DNA of 63,719 bases, counting the filler, from Thraustochytrium aureum (lineage: Eukaryota): NCBI GenBank assembly GCA_012862495.1. It is 7 parts of 3 records of this genome, joined end to end, with 100 filler letters (N's around TTAATTAATTAA, not from the genome) between each part and the next. Parts side by side here need not be neighbours in the genome. Positions count along the whole stretch, not along the records: positions 1 to 19,626 come from BLSG01000215.1; 6 more parts are not named here. The stretch is one strand, 5' to 3'. The position numbers were made by a program, and so were the translations under genes. Of this stretch, positions 1-12,678 are shown piece by piece. Below the pieces are notes generated by a model that saw only the letters and a program-made list of their open reading frames with translations, searched no databases and was not told the DNA's origin. The first letter of the stretch is position 1; each line of letters opens with the position of its first letter.

Positions 1-759
1 ACCAAGCACGCCAGCGAACCCGGCAGGGTCACGAAGCGGCAGCGCGCGCTCCCGCCTGGCTGGGTGGTCCCTGGCCCGCTTGCGGCCAAGAACGGCGAGC
101 CCCTCCCGGGCGAGGAGCTCTGCCACTTGCTCGGCCACTGGCGCATATTCCAGCGCGTCGGGGGCCACCGCTGGTCGACGGACGACCTTGTAACGGCCTG
201 GGTCGCTGGGCGCGCGTGGCGCGAGCCTGGCGCCGCAGGGGCAGACGGCTCGCAGCCGGCGCACTGCCTCGACCTTGGCTGCGGGATCGGGACCGTGCTC
301 ATGATGGTCGCGTGGCAATTCGAGCAAGCCAAGTGCCTTGGCGTCGAGGCGCAAAGCCTCAGCGCCGAGATGGCGCGCCGCTCTGTCGCGTACAACGGGT
401 GCGAGGACCGCTGTTCGGTCGAGCGCGGGGATTTGCGCTTGTTCGAGGGCTACGCCGCGGCCTCCCCTGATGGCAAGTTCGACTTGGTCACCGGCACGCC
501 GCCCTACTTTCCCATCGAGTACGGCAAAGAATCCGGCACGGCAACGTCCGTGGTCGGCGGGCTTCCCACTTGCGAGCAGTCAGCGCCTGCGCGGTTCGAG
601 TTTCGCGGCGGGGTCGAGGCGTACTGCAAGGCAGCCCGTCCGCGCCTGCGCGATAGGGGCAGCCGGTTTGTGGTGTGCGAGGGCTTCCTGGAGACAAACC
701 ACGCGCGAGTCCTCGAGTCGGCCCGAGAGTCTGGCCTGGAGGTCCTCAAGCAGGTTTGT
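1..759 (+). CDS. SAM-dependent methyltransferase, tRNA1(Val) A37 N6-methyltransferase (TrmN6/YfiC)-like; partial at both ends
   Basis: Frame is open from base 1. Motifs: 'GHRWSTDD', SAM motif 'LDLGCGIG', 'FDLVTGTPPYF' (NPPY-like) and 'ARFE'. Runs into the N gap at 760. Confidence 0.75.
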
Positions 760-1475
760 NNNNNNNNNNNNNNNNNNNNNNNNNNNNNNNNNNNNNNNNN
801 NNNNNNNNNNNNNNNNNNNNNNNNNNNNNNNNNNNNNNNNNNNNNNNNNNNNNNNNNNNNNNNNNNNNNNNNNNNNNNNNNNNNNNNNNNNNNNNNNNNN
901 NNNNNNNNNNNNNNNNNNNNNNNNNNNNNNNNNNNNNNNNNNNNNNNNNNNNNNNNNNNNNNNNNNNNNNNNNNNNNNNNNNNNNNNNNNNNNNNNNNNN
1001 NNNNNNNNNNNNNNNNNNNNNNNNNNNNNNNNNNNNNNNNNNNNNNNNNNNNNNNNNNNNNNNNNNNNNNNNNNNNNNNNNNNNNNNNNNNNNNNNNNNN
1101 NNNNNNNNNNNNNNNNNNNNNNNNNNNNNNNNNNNNNNNNNNNNNNNNNNNNNNNNNNNNNNNNNNNNNNNNNNNNNNNNNNNNNNNNNNNNNNNNNNNN
1201 NNNNNNNNNNNNNNNNNNNNNNNNNNNNNNNNNNNNNNNNNNNNNNNNNNNNNNNNNNNNNNNNNNNNNNNNNNNNNNNNNNNNNNNNNNNNNNNNNNNN
1301 NNNNNNNNNNNNNNNNNNNNNNNNNNNNNNNNNNNNNNNNNNNNNNNNNNNNNNNNNNNNNNNNNNNNNNNNNNNNNNNNNNNNNNNNNNNNNNNNNNNN
1401 NNNNNNNNNNNNNNNNNNNNNNNNNNNNNNNNNNNNNNNNNNNNNNNNNNNNNNNNNNNNNNNNNNNNNNNNNNN

Positions 1476-2254
1476 GTGTCGGTTGCCGGTGCCGGCCAGG
1501 CTCGGGCATCCCTCGCCCTCGATGGCATCGGCGCCGGAAGCCCTGCGCCATCCGGCGCTACTGTGGCAGACCTCTCGCAGCCCGCGAATAGTGCGGCACC
1601 GCTTGGCGCCTCGGCTGGCTCTGCGCCTTCCGCGGCCGAAGCGATGCGCAGCCTCGGCGAAGCCATTGAATCGAGCGACCTTTCCCGCCTCAACGCGGCC
1701 ATCCAGGACGCTCAAGCAGTTCTGCTAGGATGGACGACGCCGCGCTGGAGGAAAGGTTGTTAGTGGCTGCCCAGGTCCGCGACGTGATCGAAGCCTCGGC
1801 CCTCACCAGCGATAGCGCAGAGACCAGCGACTGGCTGCAGGAAGCAGACGAGAGCGCGTCAGCGCCAGACGCTGCGGCTCGCATGGCCGAGCTGTATGAC
1901 CAAGTCGCTGCTGCTGCCACAGTAGACACAGCTGGGGCCGCTGCCGCTCTCAAGGCGCTCGGGAAAATACTGGACAACATCAACGCAAACCCCGGCGAGC
2001 CCAAGTTTCGCAGGTTGCGACTATCCAACCCTGCGATCCAGACCCGGCTTGTTGGATTCGCTCAGGGTGCACCACGGGCCCTCCTGATGGAGATGGGATT
2101 TGTGGAGCGCGAGGCCGGCGAAGACGGCCTGGTCTTGGAGCTTCCGGACCATGCCACTGAAGTGTTTAGCGTCAAGTACTCTGGAGCGAGGCTTGGCATC
2201 CAGCACTTGGCCGAGCAGCTGGCCCCGGCCCCGACACCAGGGAGCGGAGCATAG
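1476..2254 (+). CDS. PUB-domain protein (p97/Cdc48 cofactor-like), 5' partial, probable frameshift at ~1727
   Basis: PUB signature 'LGKILDNINANPGEPKFRRLRLSNPAIQTRL...ALLMEMGF'. The upstream Ala/Ser-rich frame (1476-1727) joins it with a 1-nt shift. Confidence 0.7.
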
Positions 2255-2435
2255 GTCCTCCCTCTGGAGAGGGCGAGAGCGGAATCGAAGCAACCATTTG
2301 TTTCTTCTGGCGGTCTGCTTTGCGCAAGTGCATCAACGGACCCAGGGCGGGCGGCGGCTTGGTCGCTCGAGGCCGCAATTGGGATCGGCTTGACGACGAA
2401 TTGACGAACGACGGCGTTTCTCTCCTTCATCTTCG

Positions 2436-2510
2436 GAATTGAGGTGCGCTGCTGCCACGCGCTGCGTTACCGAAGAATTGAGGTGCGCTGCTGCCACGCG
2501 CTGCGTTACC
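2436..2510. repeat. Tandem direct repeat, 36-bp identical core, period 39, 2 copies
   Basis: GAATTGAGGTGCGCTGCTGCCACGCGCTGCGTTACC at 2436 and 2475, between convergent genes. Confidence 0.9.
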
Positions 2511-2540
2511 AAAGTACTACACACCACACGCCCAGCGCTG

Positions 2541-3500
2541 CTAGCCCAAGCGCGCATAGTTCCCGCGATGGTCAAAGCGCACGTTGTACTTGGCTTCAAG
2601 CGTGTTGATCAGGTCGTCGTCGCGGTTGGTAAAGTGCGAAAAAACGACGTCCAGGTTGCCAAGGCGGTCGGGCGCCATGTCCATGTAAAAGGCGTGCACC
2701 GCAGCGCGAATGTCCACGTCCGCCTCGAGCCGCGTCCGTTGTGGCATCTGGGACGGCCCACTCGACAAGGCGCGCTGCAGAATCTCGCGGCCCTTTCGCG
2801 CTGCCTTGGCGCGGGACCGAACCTCGCGGGGGTCAAGCTCTGGCCCCGCCAGGTCGCGCCTGTACAGCGTCCCTTCCACCTTGAGGCGCTTGAGGACGGA
2901 GTGGCTGTTGAGGTTGATCGTGAGCGAGGTGGGGCCGCTCACAGACGTCACTTGGAAGACGCGCGAGAATGTGTTGAATACGCCAAGGTCCAGCACGCCC
3001 CGCGTATCCATGACGGCGTACTTTTTCGCCTGCACCGCCACATGCACGTCGACGTACGAGTTGGGCAGCCCGCGGCTCGCCACCTCGCGGGCCTTCTCCT
3101 CGTTGCTCGTGCCGAGCGAGGTGATGCTGCCAAACACGCTTCCCGTCACGTCGTGTGCAAAGTTGCGGTTCAGCTGCTTGCTAAGTTTAAGCTCCAGCTT
3201 GTAGTCACCGGGAGAGAGCTCGATGGGGCCCACCTTGCCTTTCTCTGCGTTGGTCAGCGTGTTGAGCCCGAGCCAGTCCACGCCGGCCTTCTCGTCGCGG
3301 AGCGTGAAAAACGTTACATAGCGAGGCTCCACGGCGCGAGCGTTTGAGGGTGGCAGCGCTCCAGCGGCCCCGAAGAGGTCCTTGGTTGTCGCCGTTTGGC
3401 AGTGCTCGAGCACCTGGTTCACGTTGACGCCCACGGCGCCGTTCGTGTCGTCCTCGTTCAGCGTCCCATGCTTGGAAACCCTATTCTTCTTCCCACGCAT
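2541..3500 (-). CDS. Hypothetical protein (319 aa) with a C-terminal protist helical motif 'FY..xP.KL..VD.....Y.GR...L...L..KY'
   Basis: Complete ATG-stop ORF with protein-like composition. C-terminus reads 'AVHAFYMDMAPDRLGNLDVVFSHFTNRDDDLINTLEAKY'. Confidence 0.65.
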   Translation of the reverse strand: MRGKKNRVSKHGTLNEDDTNGAVGVNVNQVLEHCQTATTKDLFGAAGALPPSNARAVEPRYVTFFTLRDEKAGVDWLGLNTLTNAEKGKVGPIELSPGDYKLELKLSKQLNRNFAHDVTGSVFGSITSLGTSNEEKAREVASRGLPNSYVDVHVAVQAKKYAVMDTRGVLDLGVFNTFSRVFQVTSVSGPTSLTINLNSHSVLKRLKVEGTLYRRDLAGPELDPREVRSRAKAARKGREILQRALSSGPSQMPQRTRLEADVDIRAAVHAFYMDMAPDRLGNLDVVFSHFTNRDDDLINTLEAKYNVRFDHRGNYARLG

Positions 3501-3533
3501 CGCGGCCTCCCCTCAGAGCTGGCCCACCGGCCT

Positions 3534-3737
3534 GCCTCCCTGCCTGCCTGCCTGCCTGCCTGCCTATCCCGGCGCCGCAGCTGTCCCAGGCACTCACTGC
3601 GCGAGTGGACCAACGTGGAGGACGTATCCACCACTCCAACTGTACGCAGCACCGTGCGAAGCCCTCCGACGCCTCCCGCGAAACGAGCAAGAGCGCCGCT
3701 GCCGCCACGTCCACCTCGTCCACCTCGTCCACCTCGC

Positions 3738-3780
<43 letters not shown>
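3534..3780. repeat. Microsatellite cluster: (CCTG)n, (GTCCACCTC)3, (CTG)~14
   Basis: Directly visible in the 5' flank of the 319-aa gene. Confidence 0.9.
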
Positions 3781-3781
<1 letters not shown>

Positions 3782-4358
3782 TGCGGCGGCGCAGCGGCTG
3801 CACTTCCGGTCGCTTGTTGCGGCTCTGCCTTCCAAGCCTGCGTGAGAGCGGTGCGTGAAGGATTTGCCGCAACGTTGGGCCATTTGGAGCCCCAGGCGTC
3901 CATCCTAAGTACTTACGAGGTGCTGCAGGGAGCAAGTAGGTATACTCTCACGATGCGGCTCACGGAGAAACAAGCCCAGCGCAGCATTCATCGACGAGCC
4001 CGAGGGGTGGCTTGTTCGAGTTCGGCATCTTGATTGAATGCGGCCGTCGCACAATGGGCTTTCAACGACGAGCAGAGTTCGGCTTTCTTTGAATTCAATC
4101 AAGATGGCAAGAACGTCGCGCGTCGGCCAGACAGACATGCCGAGCGCACATGCGACGGCCGCGATAGCGCGGGTTTCAGGGCTGGGAAGCGCTCAGCTAC
4201 ATAGTGGACGTGTTGCCCTCTCTACCCCAGAGCAGTCGAGCACCGGAGGGAGATTGGTGCCTCGAGTTTCGCCAAAGGCACGGCGGGCCGGCTCGCGTCC
4301 ATGCTCGGGATTCTAAAGGAAATGGGAACCGCGAGCGCAGGGCAGTCTGGTCCGAGGT

Positions 4359-4974
4359 CTAACGGGCAGCAGCAGGGCCATCGGAGTCAGCGCCGGTGCC
4401 GTGGACAAGCTGCAACACATCGCTCGGCGCCAGCGTCTTGGACGAGAACGGGCAGGTCATGGTCGGGCGCACGAGCTCATCGAAGACCTTGGCGAGGACG
4501 ACACGGCCAGCTGGCTTTATCAAAACAACGCGCTGCGTCCCGATGGGGGCCTGGGACACCCCGCAGAGCGCCCGTCCGCCGTCCTGCGCGTCGCGGTCTA
4601 TCTTGAAGCCAACGACGTCTTTTACATGCAGCGGCCGGCCCGTGGTCGGGCTCCCTGGCCGCTTGGGAGGCTTGTCGACGGCGCGGCCACCAGCGCTCGG
4701 CGTGAAGCGCGTCAGCCAAGGGCTGGAGGCCTCCAGCTCGCGCAGCTTGTCGCCGGACGTCCGCTCGTCGACTTTCTTGCGCTTCGCGGCCGAGTCCTCC
4801 ACCTCGCGGTGCGTGCGCTTGCGCTTCTCCAGCAAGTAGCCTTCCGGGAGCGCCTCGGCCGCCTCTGCAGAGGACTCGGTGAACGCGCGGTTGGCAGCAT
4901 CAAAGCTGGCGAGCTCGCGCCGCCGCTCCGCCTCCCGAGCAGCGGCGGCCTCAGCCGCAGCGCGCCCTGCTGCT
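4359..4974 (-). CDS. NOSIP: Nitric oxide synthase-interacting protein (RING/U-box-like spliceosomal protein), C-terminal part; 5' end in gap
   Basis: 'PWLTRFTPS...KPPKRPGSPTTGRPLHVKDV...LCGVS...VLIKPAGRVV...ELVRPTMTCPFSSKTLAPSDVLQLVHGTG' parallels the NOSIP C-terminal FW.P..TP / CP..GKPL / D.I.LQ.GGTG motifs. Confidence 0.8.
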
Positions 4975-5378
4975 NNNNNNNNNNNNNNNNNNNNNNNNNN
5001 NNNNNNNNNNNNNNNNNNNNNNNNNNNNNNNNNNNNNNNNNNNNNNNNNNNNNNNNNNNNNNNNNNNNNNNNNNNNNNNNNNNNNNNNNNNNNNNNNNNN
5101 NNNNNNNNNNNNNNNNNNNNNNNNNNNNNNNNNNNNNNNNNNNNNNNNNNNNNNNNNNNNNNNNNNNNNNNNNNNNNNNNNNNNNNNNNNNNNNNNNNNN
5201 NNNNNNNNNNNNNNNNNNNNNNNNNNNNNNNNNNNNNNNNNNNNNNNNNNNNNNNNNNNNNNNNNNNNNNNNNNNNNNNNNNNNNNNNNNNNNNNNNNNN
5301 NNNNNNNNNNNNNNNNNNNNNNNNNNNNNNNNNNNNNNNNNNNNNNNNNNNNNNNNNNNNNNNNNNNNNNNNNNNNNN

Positions 5379-6738
5379 GAAGCCACGGCCGATGACCTTG
5401 CGGTGGACGGGGCTGCGTGGCCGTGGCGCGTGCACACGCCGGTTCGCAGGCTTGCCAGACGATGCCGACGCTCGTGCTGTGCGAATGGGGCTTTCGCGCT
5501 CTGTGCGCGACCTGCTTGTGGCACGCGAGGCGAACCGGGAACTTGACGCTGTGGTGCTCCGGGTGGATGTGTGGCTTGCTCAACGACGTGCTCCTCCGAG
5601 CAACCCCCTCTTCGTGGACTCGATGTGGCAGGCGCAGGCAAGCCTGATGCTCACTCCGCGCTTTCCGCTGTACCTCTTGGAGATGTATGCCTCTGTGGTT
5701 TACGTCAGCACGCTCGCAGCGCGCCGCTTCCGTCTCGGCTACCTCCCAGAAGCCATCGTCAGCGGGCTGCTGGGTCACCTCGTCCTTATTGGGTACGACG
5801 TCAACGGGCCCCGTTTCCTGTGGTGGACCTTTCACGACAGCAGCCCTTACGTCCGCGTTCGCAACGTCAACGTTCCCGTGATGAGCTCCGTCTGGACGCT
5901 CACATACTGCGCCATCCATAGCGCGCTCTTCCGCTGGGCGCACGACGGCGCCGCGATGACGAAGACCGAGGCCTCCAAAGTCGTTTTCGAAATCCCGCAA
6001 GCTGGTGTGCGAAAGCTGTTAGAGCCGGGCCTGGGCCTGCTTGGCCTCTTTGACCGGGCCCACACCGCTCTCGTTCGAGGCCCTGCCGTGTTGCGCATCC
6101 TTCTGTGCGGAGCGCTCTCCACGCCGCTCTTCCAGATTTCTGCGGCAGTTTTTCACGTGCTGTCGTTGGACAAACTCGGCGTGCCAGGGAACCGCATGTA
6201 CCGGCTTGTGCTGCTCAGCTTCTTCCTGGGTCTGGTGCGGACGCGCCGCCGAGGGGGGTTTCGAGCGGACTCCCATGGCGACCTGCTCCTTCCCGACCCT
6301 CGCCTCGCCGCGCCAGAAGACTCTGTTCTCCTTGCTGCAATAGTGGGGCACTTTGCTCTCCATGCGGGAGTAGCCGCTCTCGGAACACCTTCGAGCCACG
6401 TTTCGACCGGCGTTCACCAAGCCTGTGCGGACGACCGCACGCGTTCGCGCGACCTCTTCAGGCGCTGGCGGGCCAATGAGATTCGGCGCTCGGGCCCGAG
6501 CAACCTCTCGCGCGGCGACTACCGCCTCCCCGGCCCCGAAGCAGCAGGAGCCCTCGACGCTGTAGGAAACCAGATTGTGGTGCCTCAGCCCGGCGAACGA
6601 ACTTCATGGTACTCAATTTTCGGCGTGGCCCAGCACAAGACCCAGCTGCGCGAAGCCCTGTTCGTCAGCGTGATGGCCGTCGTCGGCATTGCGAGCTTTG
6701 GGCGAGCGCTCCTACCGGGCGCAAAAGATCGCGGCTAA
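5379..6738 (+). CDS. Multi-pass membrane protein of unknown function (DUF7802/CruF-like fold suspected); 5' end in gap
   Basis: Several hydrophobic helices. Motifs 'DSMWQAQASLMLTPRFPLY' and 'YDVNGPRFLWWTFHDSSP...NVPVMSSVW'. Confidence 0.6.
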
Positions 6739-6965
6739 TATCTGAGCCCCTGCGATCTCCTGCGCCTGCAGCTATGGCCACCAGAAGGGGCTTTGCTGCT
6801 GTACGACATTTGCTGCTGAACGACATTCGTTGTATGTATGTGGTTATATGCAATCCCGACCGCGCCGCATCTCGCGTTCCTGCTGGTGACTCGCGCGCAA
6901 CGCTATCGTGTGGCACAGGGCTGAACCACAACTGAAATATATTTCATTATTTTTCCCTCAGCATC

Positions 6966-9900
6966 TCATTGCTCCGAAGCAGCGTAGTCGAAAGCGAACT
7001 GCCTGGCCGCTTGCTTCATCCGCGCGTACTCGCGCTCAAGACCGTTCTTTGCAGACCCCGCTTTGGACTTTCTCCTCGCCTTGGCTTTCCCCAAGCTGTC
7101 TGACCGCCCAGATCGCGCACTGCAAGGGCTCACAGGGCCCACGCGTGCCGCGCGCCTTGGCGCGGGCTCAGAACTCACCGACTCAGAATCGCTCTCCGCT
7201 TTGGCCTCGACGTCGGACGCCGACTCCTGCATGAGATTCCTCCCCAGCACTGATACGTCGTAGGCCTCCGCTGCAGGCTCGGACTCAGTCGCGGCATCTT
7301 GGTCCTCCGCCAGGGCGTAGCGGCGCTCCAAGAGCTGTAACGTGTCTTCCTCGTGCTGCATGCGGAGACGCTCCAGCTTCTGCTTGAACACATGAATCTC
7401 CGCAACGTGTCGTACAACCTGGCGGCGGCGCTCTCGAAACTCGCGGCCTGCTCGGTTCTCCCGCGCCTGCGCAATCGCCAAAGCTTGCCGCCTCCCAAAG
7501 AAGCTTGCGTACGTCTCGGGTTTGAACCCTGCATCACGCGGCGACGAAGGGCTCACTTGACGATTCGCGCGGTCAAACCAATACGTCTCGCCGGTCTCGC
7601 CATCAACGATCTCTTCCCAGCCGTCCACTTCGCCGACCCTAAAGCCCTGAAGCTGCAGCGGAGGCGGGCGACTACGATTCAGCGACCCACCAGCGGCTAT
7701 TGCCGCAGCTGCTGACAGCGGCGACCCGGGTGACCCGGGGGCGGCTGGCACGGCGCTATCGTTTGAAATAGAGCTCGGCTCGCCCGGCCTCCGCTTGACA
7801 ATGCAGACTCGCAGCAGCTTCCTCCCAAGACGACAACCCGCTCCTCTTCCCCCGAAAAGCAGTCGCCCCCTGGCTCTCGCGCCTGGACGCCCGCGAGCCG
7901 CTCGATACTACTTCGGGCAGCAAAGGCGTTCCGTGCGGAGAGCCGACGACTCTCCACTGCTTCTTCGCGCCAGGAGAGCATCAGGTCGCTGATGCTCGCC
8001 TCGTGTTGGTTTTCGCGCTGCCGCAGGTCTGCTTTGAAGTCGCTCTGCTGCTCCGCGAGGGCGGTACTGTACCGCTTTTCGATCACCTCCAGCTCGTTGG
8101 CGTGAATCCGCGCTTGAGACCGTAGCGCCGCGAGGAGCTCTTCTTCGCGCAAACGGAGTTGCGCCTCTTGGTCGCGANNNNNNNNNNNNNNNNNNNNNNN
8201 NNNNNNNNNNNNNNNNNNNNNNNNNNNNNNNNNNNNNNNNNNNNNNNNNNNNNNNNNNNNNNNNNNNNNNNNNNNNNNNNNNNNNNNCGCCTCTTGGTCG
8301 CGCAAACGAGCCGCAGCCTCTTTCTCATGGGTGTCGCCGACGTCGCGCGCTCGGTCTGCTTCGCGCTGTTTGAACGAGGCCTCCATCTCGCGGTGCAGGC
8401 GTTCGAGCTCGGCCTGGTGCGTGCGGGCGTCTTCGGCCTGCTTGAGCCGAATATCCGCTAGCTCTTGCCTTCGCATGGCGTCAAGCTCCTTGAGCTGCAG
8501 ACTAAACAGCGCCTCTTGCTCGCGCATTTCGTACTCGTGCCGCCGCTCGAGCTCGCGCAAGTCGCGCCTCCGGTCCGCGTCAAGCCGTTCGCTCTCTCCA
8601 ACAAGGCGCCGATTTTGCTCACCGAGCTCTCGCGCAAACGACTCGCGGGCGTCCTCCAGCTCTTGGCGAGCGCGCTGCTCAGCTGCGACTCGCTCGTTGT
8701 TTAGGGCCTCGCGCTCGGCGTTTACTCGCTCGGCCACTTGGCGAAGCGATTCTTGGACCGCGCGTCGCGTTTGCTCGTCGCCCTCGGCTCGGAGCCGGTT
8801 GATTGCAGCGTTCAGCTCTTCTTGGTGATTGGCTGCAAGCTCGCGTAGAACGGCCTCTGCCTCCACTTCCTGGCGCCGCATGGTGTCGGCAAACGAGCTC
8901 CGAAGCGCAGAAACCTCCCGCTCATGCGCTGCGGCTTGCTGCTCCAGAGAACGACGCATCTCGTCGCTCATGGCCTCGAGCTGAGCGGTGCTGCGCTCCT
9001 TGGCCAGCTCGAGCTTGGCCCCGCTGCGCTCTATCGCCTCGCGGACGCTCGTTTGGACGGCAACGCACTTTTCGTGGTCGCAGCGCTCCCGTAGCGCATC
9101 GAGGCGCGCTTCAAGTTCCTCGGAGTGCTGTTGTCGCAGTGCATGCGTCGACTCTTGGTGCTCGCGGTCCTTTTCGAGGAGGCTAGCTGCGTGCGCGCAG
9201 CGCATCTTAGCTAGCGCGGCCTCGTTCTCAAGGCGGATCTCTGCCAGAGTGTGCTCGAAATCGCTTTGCTGTTCGGCGATGGCAGCCTTGAGCGCAGCGG
9301 TTTCCTTTGCGAGCTCGCGGCTGTGCAGTTCCTGCTGACTCCGCAGCGCGCGACCCAGCTCGTCCTCCCAGGCTCTGGCCTCGGAGGCGCTGCGCTGCCC
9401 GAGCTCGCCGAGCCTGCTCTCAATTGCGAGCTCGCGCCCATCTCGATAGGCGTTGAGCTCGTCGAGAACGCGAGCGTGCTCCTCTTCCATCTCTTTCATG
9501 CGCTGCGCCACGGCACCGCCGGAGCGCTCTTCATCGAGAGCAAGTTTGAGTTCCTCTAGCCGCCCCAAAAGTTCAGCCTCCTTCGCGGCGACGGAATCCT
9601 TGTCCGCGGCCCTTTGGGACTGTAGCTCGGCCTGAAAGGCGGCTTGCATGGCCTTCATCTCGCGCTGGTGCTCGAGCTGCTGGGCGTCAATCGTCTCTTG
9701 GAAACGCTCTAGCTGGGCCTGGAGGACCCCAATCTGCATGTCGCGTTCGTTGCGCTCCGATCGCACCTGCGTCTTGGTAATACTGGCCAATTCGGCTTTG
9801 AGTATGGCGGACTCGCGCTGGTGCTCGTACCGCAAGCGCTTGATCTCGTCTTGTTGAGCCGCCTGGAGCTTTGCCACCTCGCGCTGGTGCTCGTTCTCAA

Positions 9901-11964
9901 GCTGAAGCCGCTGGGCGAGGAGCTCTGCTTCTTTCTCCTTCGAGGCGCTAGCCACAGAAAGCTGCAGCTCCCGCTGCATTTGCCGCTCCCGCTCGGCGAT
10001 CTGGGCGACAGCCTTTTGCTCGGCCTTCCGCACCCGCTCGCTATGTGTGCGTGTCATGCTGTTGAGCTCCAAGATGAGCTTGTCGACCTGGTCCTGTTCT
10101 TTGCACTCAAACTCGACCTTCAGCTTGGCCCGAAATGAAGCAAATTCCTCGGCATGCGCCGCTTGCACGCGGTNNNNNNNNNNNNNNNNNNNNNNNNNNN
10201 NNNNNNNNNNNNNNNNNNNNNNNNNNNNNNNNNNNNNNNNNNNNNNNNNNNNNNNNNNNNNNNNNNNNNNNNNNNNNNNNNNNNNNNNNNNNNNNNNNNN
10301 NNNNNNNNNNNNNNNNNNNNNNNNNNNNNNNNNNNNNNNNNNNNNNNNNNCGTCCAGCTGTGCTGAGCGCAGTCGCAACGCTTGCTCTGCCAGAGCTTGC
10401 GAAAGGTCCCGGGCGGCCCTCCCTTGCAGCTCCTCGGCCTGGGCCGCAAACTGAGTGCTGTGGGCATTCTTCAGCGCCTCGAGGGCGGCAAAGTGGGCAC
10501 TCGACGCCTGTGCCTCGCGCTCGTTGTGTGTCTCGGTTAGCACCAGCTTTTGCGTCGCAAGAGCGCGCTCCTGTTGGCTGTTGGCCTGCTCGAGCCGCGC
10601 TGCGGTTTCCTTGCGTTGCTCTGCGAGCACAGACTCGAATGTAGACCTTTGTCGCTCCAGCTCGACAGTATGCGCCGCAACGGCAGCGTCAAGCCTCGCT
10701 TTCCACTCCTCGGTTGATGCCGCAAGCGCGCGCTCGTAGGCCTCCTTTGCGTCTGCAAGGCCCTCTTCCGCCTCCCGGTGGAGCTGCTCCTTCGTTAACG
10801 CTAACGTGGCGCTGGTCATTCGCCGCAACTCCGCCTCGGCCGTTTCGTGCTGGCGTCTGAGCTCCTCGAGCGCAGACTCGTGCTCGGCGGACGCTTTCGT
10901 TCGCTCCAACTCCCGGTCTGACATCAAGGATTCTCTCTGCTCAGCGAGCGCCGACTCCAGGTTTGTGCTTGCCGCTTCTCTGGCCGCTTGCAACTCTTTG
11001 GCCTCGTCGATTGAAGCGTTGCGAGGCGGTGCTGCCCGGAGACCTCGAGCGTCTGCACCTTGAGCTTCCACTCGAGTTCGCGCTTCTGCATTTTCTCGTG
11101 TTGCATCTCCATTGACACCTTGCGGTCAGCTTCGTGCGCCTTTTCGAGCTCCTCGATGCGCTGGAGTAGGCGCGACTTTTCGTCGGCGAACAGCGTTTCG
11201 AGCTTGTCCATGTCGCGCTTCGCCTTGCCCTCGTGCGCCTTTAAGGATTGGGAAAGCCGGTCTATTGTTTCCTCGTACTCCCTCTGCTGGTCGCGAAAGC
11301 GCTTCTGGCCCTTGGCTTTCAGGAGGCCGATCTTGCATGCGCTGTCCTCCAAAAGCCGCTGGTACCGGGCGACTTCCTGGCGTGCCTGGCCCAGCTTGGC
11401 AGAAAAGCTCTGCTCCAAGTCAGCAACGCGCTGCGACTCGGCGATGCAAGAAACGATCTTGGCTTCGGCTCCGTCCAGGCGGTCCCGCAGGCCCGCGACC
11501 TGGTCCAGAGCAATGATCTTCTTCAGAAGCGCCTCGCGCTTCTGGCGCTCCTTCGCGAGCTTGCTCTCGAGTATTGTGCCCTCAAAGTCGCTCTCCCAAG
11601 GAAGCTGCCGCGAGCTCTGCACGGCGCGAACCTCGCCCCGCACCTTGTCCATCATTTTACGCAAGAACGACTCCAAGTCGGTCTTGGCCTTGACGGCCTC
11701 CTCGCGGCACTGCTCCAAAGCGGCGATCGCCAGGGCATTATCATCTGCAAGGCGGGCAGCCTTGCATTGCGAAGCCCGCGCCTCTGCCTTGGCTTGCAAA
11801 AGCCCCGTCTCTGCGCGGCATCTCTCGCGGAGCGCGCTCTGCAACTGAGCGAATACCACCTGGTCCGTGCTCGCGTCAAGGTCCCCGACAACCCTGAACC
11901 TCTCGCCGCCGATCCGCCCTTTCCCGTCCCCCGCGCTGCTGCCTTCGCTTTGGGGCGCAAGCAT
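6966..11964 (-). CDS. Giant coiled-coil (myosin-tail/trichohyalin-like) protein with a C-terminal WW domain; split by frameshifts (~11010, ~7800) and two gaps
   Basis: Three overlapping E/R/Q/A-rich ORFs on one strand (10924-12030, 7697-11071, 6966-7751). WW-like 'GWEEIVDGETGETYWFDRANRQVSPSSP'. Confidence 0.7.
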
Positions 11965-12678
11965 GCCGCCCCGTGCGGCGACCGCCGCGTTCGCTCCCCT
12001 CGCAGGCGTCGTCCACGCCCCGCGTCGCACCGTCGAGCGCGGCTCGGCGGCGCAAGCACGAACGACACGACGCGAAACCCGACCAGCACAACGACAACCG
12101 AAAGGCGATGGACGATTGGCCTGCGGTCAATCAGGCCACCACGAGCCAGCCACGAGCCAGCGGCGACCTTCGCCGCGATCGATTGACCGCTCGCTGGACT
12201 TGCAGCTCCGCCAGCCCAACGGAGTCCTGCGCGCCCCACGAGCAACCTACCAACACTCGAGCGAGCCGGTCGGAACGTACCGGCACACCACTCTGCATNN
12301 NNNNNNNNNNNNNNNNNNNNNNNNNNNNNNNNNNNNNNNNNNNNNNNNNNNNNNNNNNNNNNNNNNNNNNNNNNNNNNNNNNNNNNNNNNNNNNNNNNNN
12401 NNNNNNNNNNNNNNNNNNNNNNNNNNNNNNNNNNNNNNNNNNNNNNNNNNNNNNNNNNNNNNNNNNNNNGCAGTGGAGCAACGACGAGCGCGCTTCATCG
12501 ACAATGCGTCCTCGACAGGCCACCCCACGATAAACTTGAGCGGAGCAAGACTCTGCGCGCCACGTTATCCTCGGCGGCTCCGCGCGTGGGTGCACGGGAG
12601 CATGCATCCCGTGTCGCCTGCAGGCAAGCAGCCCGCCAGCCATGCGCAGGCAGGTCCACAGCCGCGCGACCAATCTTC

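Noticed and set aside
2436..2510. 39-bp duplication (and similar 2-copy repeats at 36412, 47548, 52013) as transposon target-site duplications or att sites
   Set aside because: The copies are directly adjacent with no intervening element or transposase, so they are ordinary local tandem duplications.
3396..4033. Poly-Gln/Ala/Cys/Leu ORFs over the (CTG)n tract
   Set aside because: All frames are open because of the microsatellite, with no independent coding signal.
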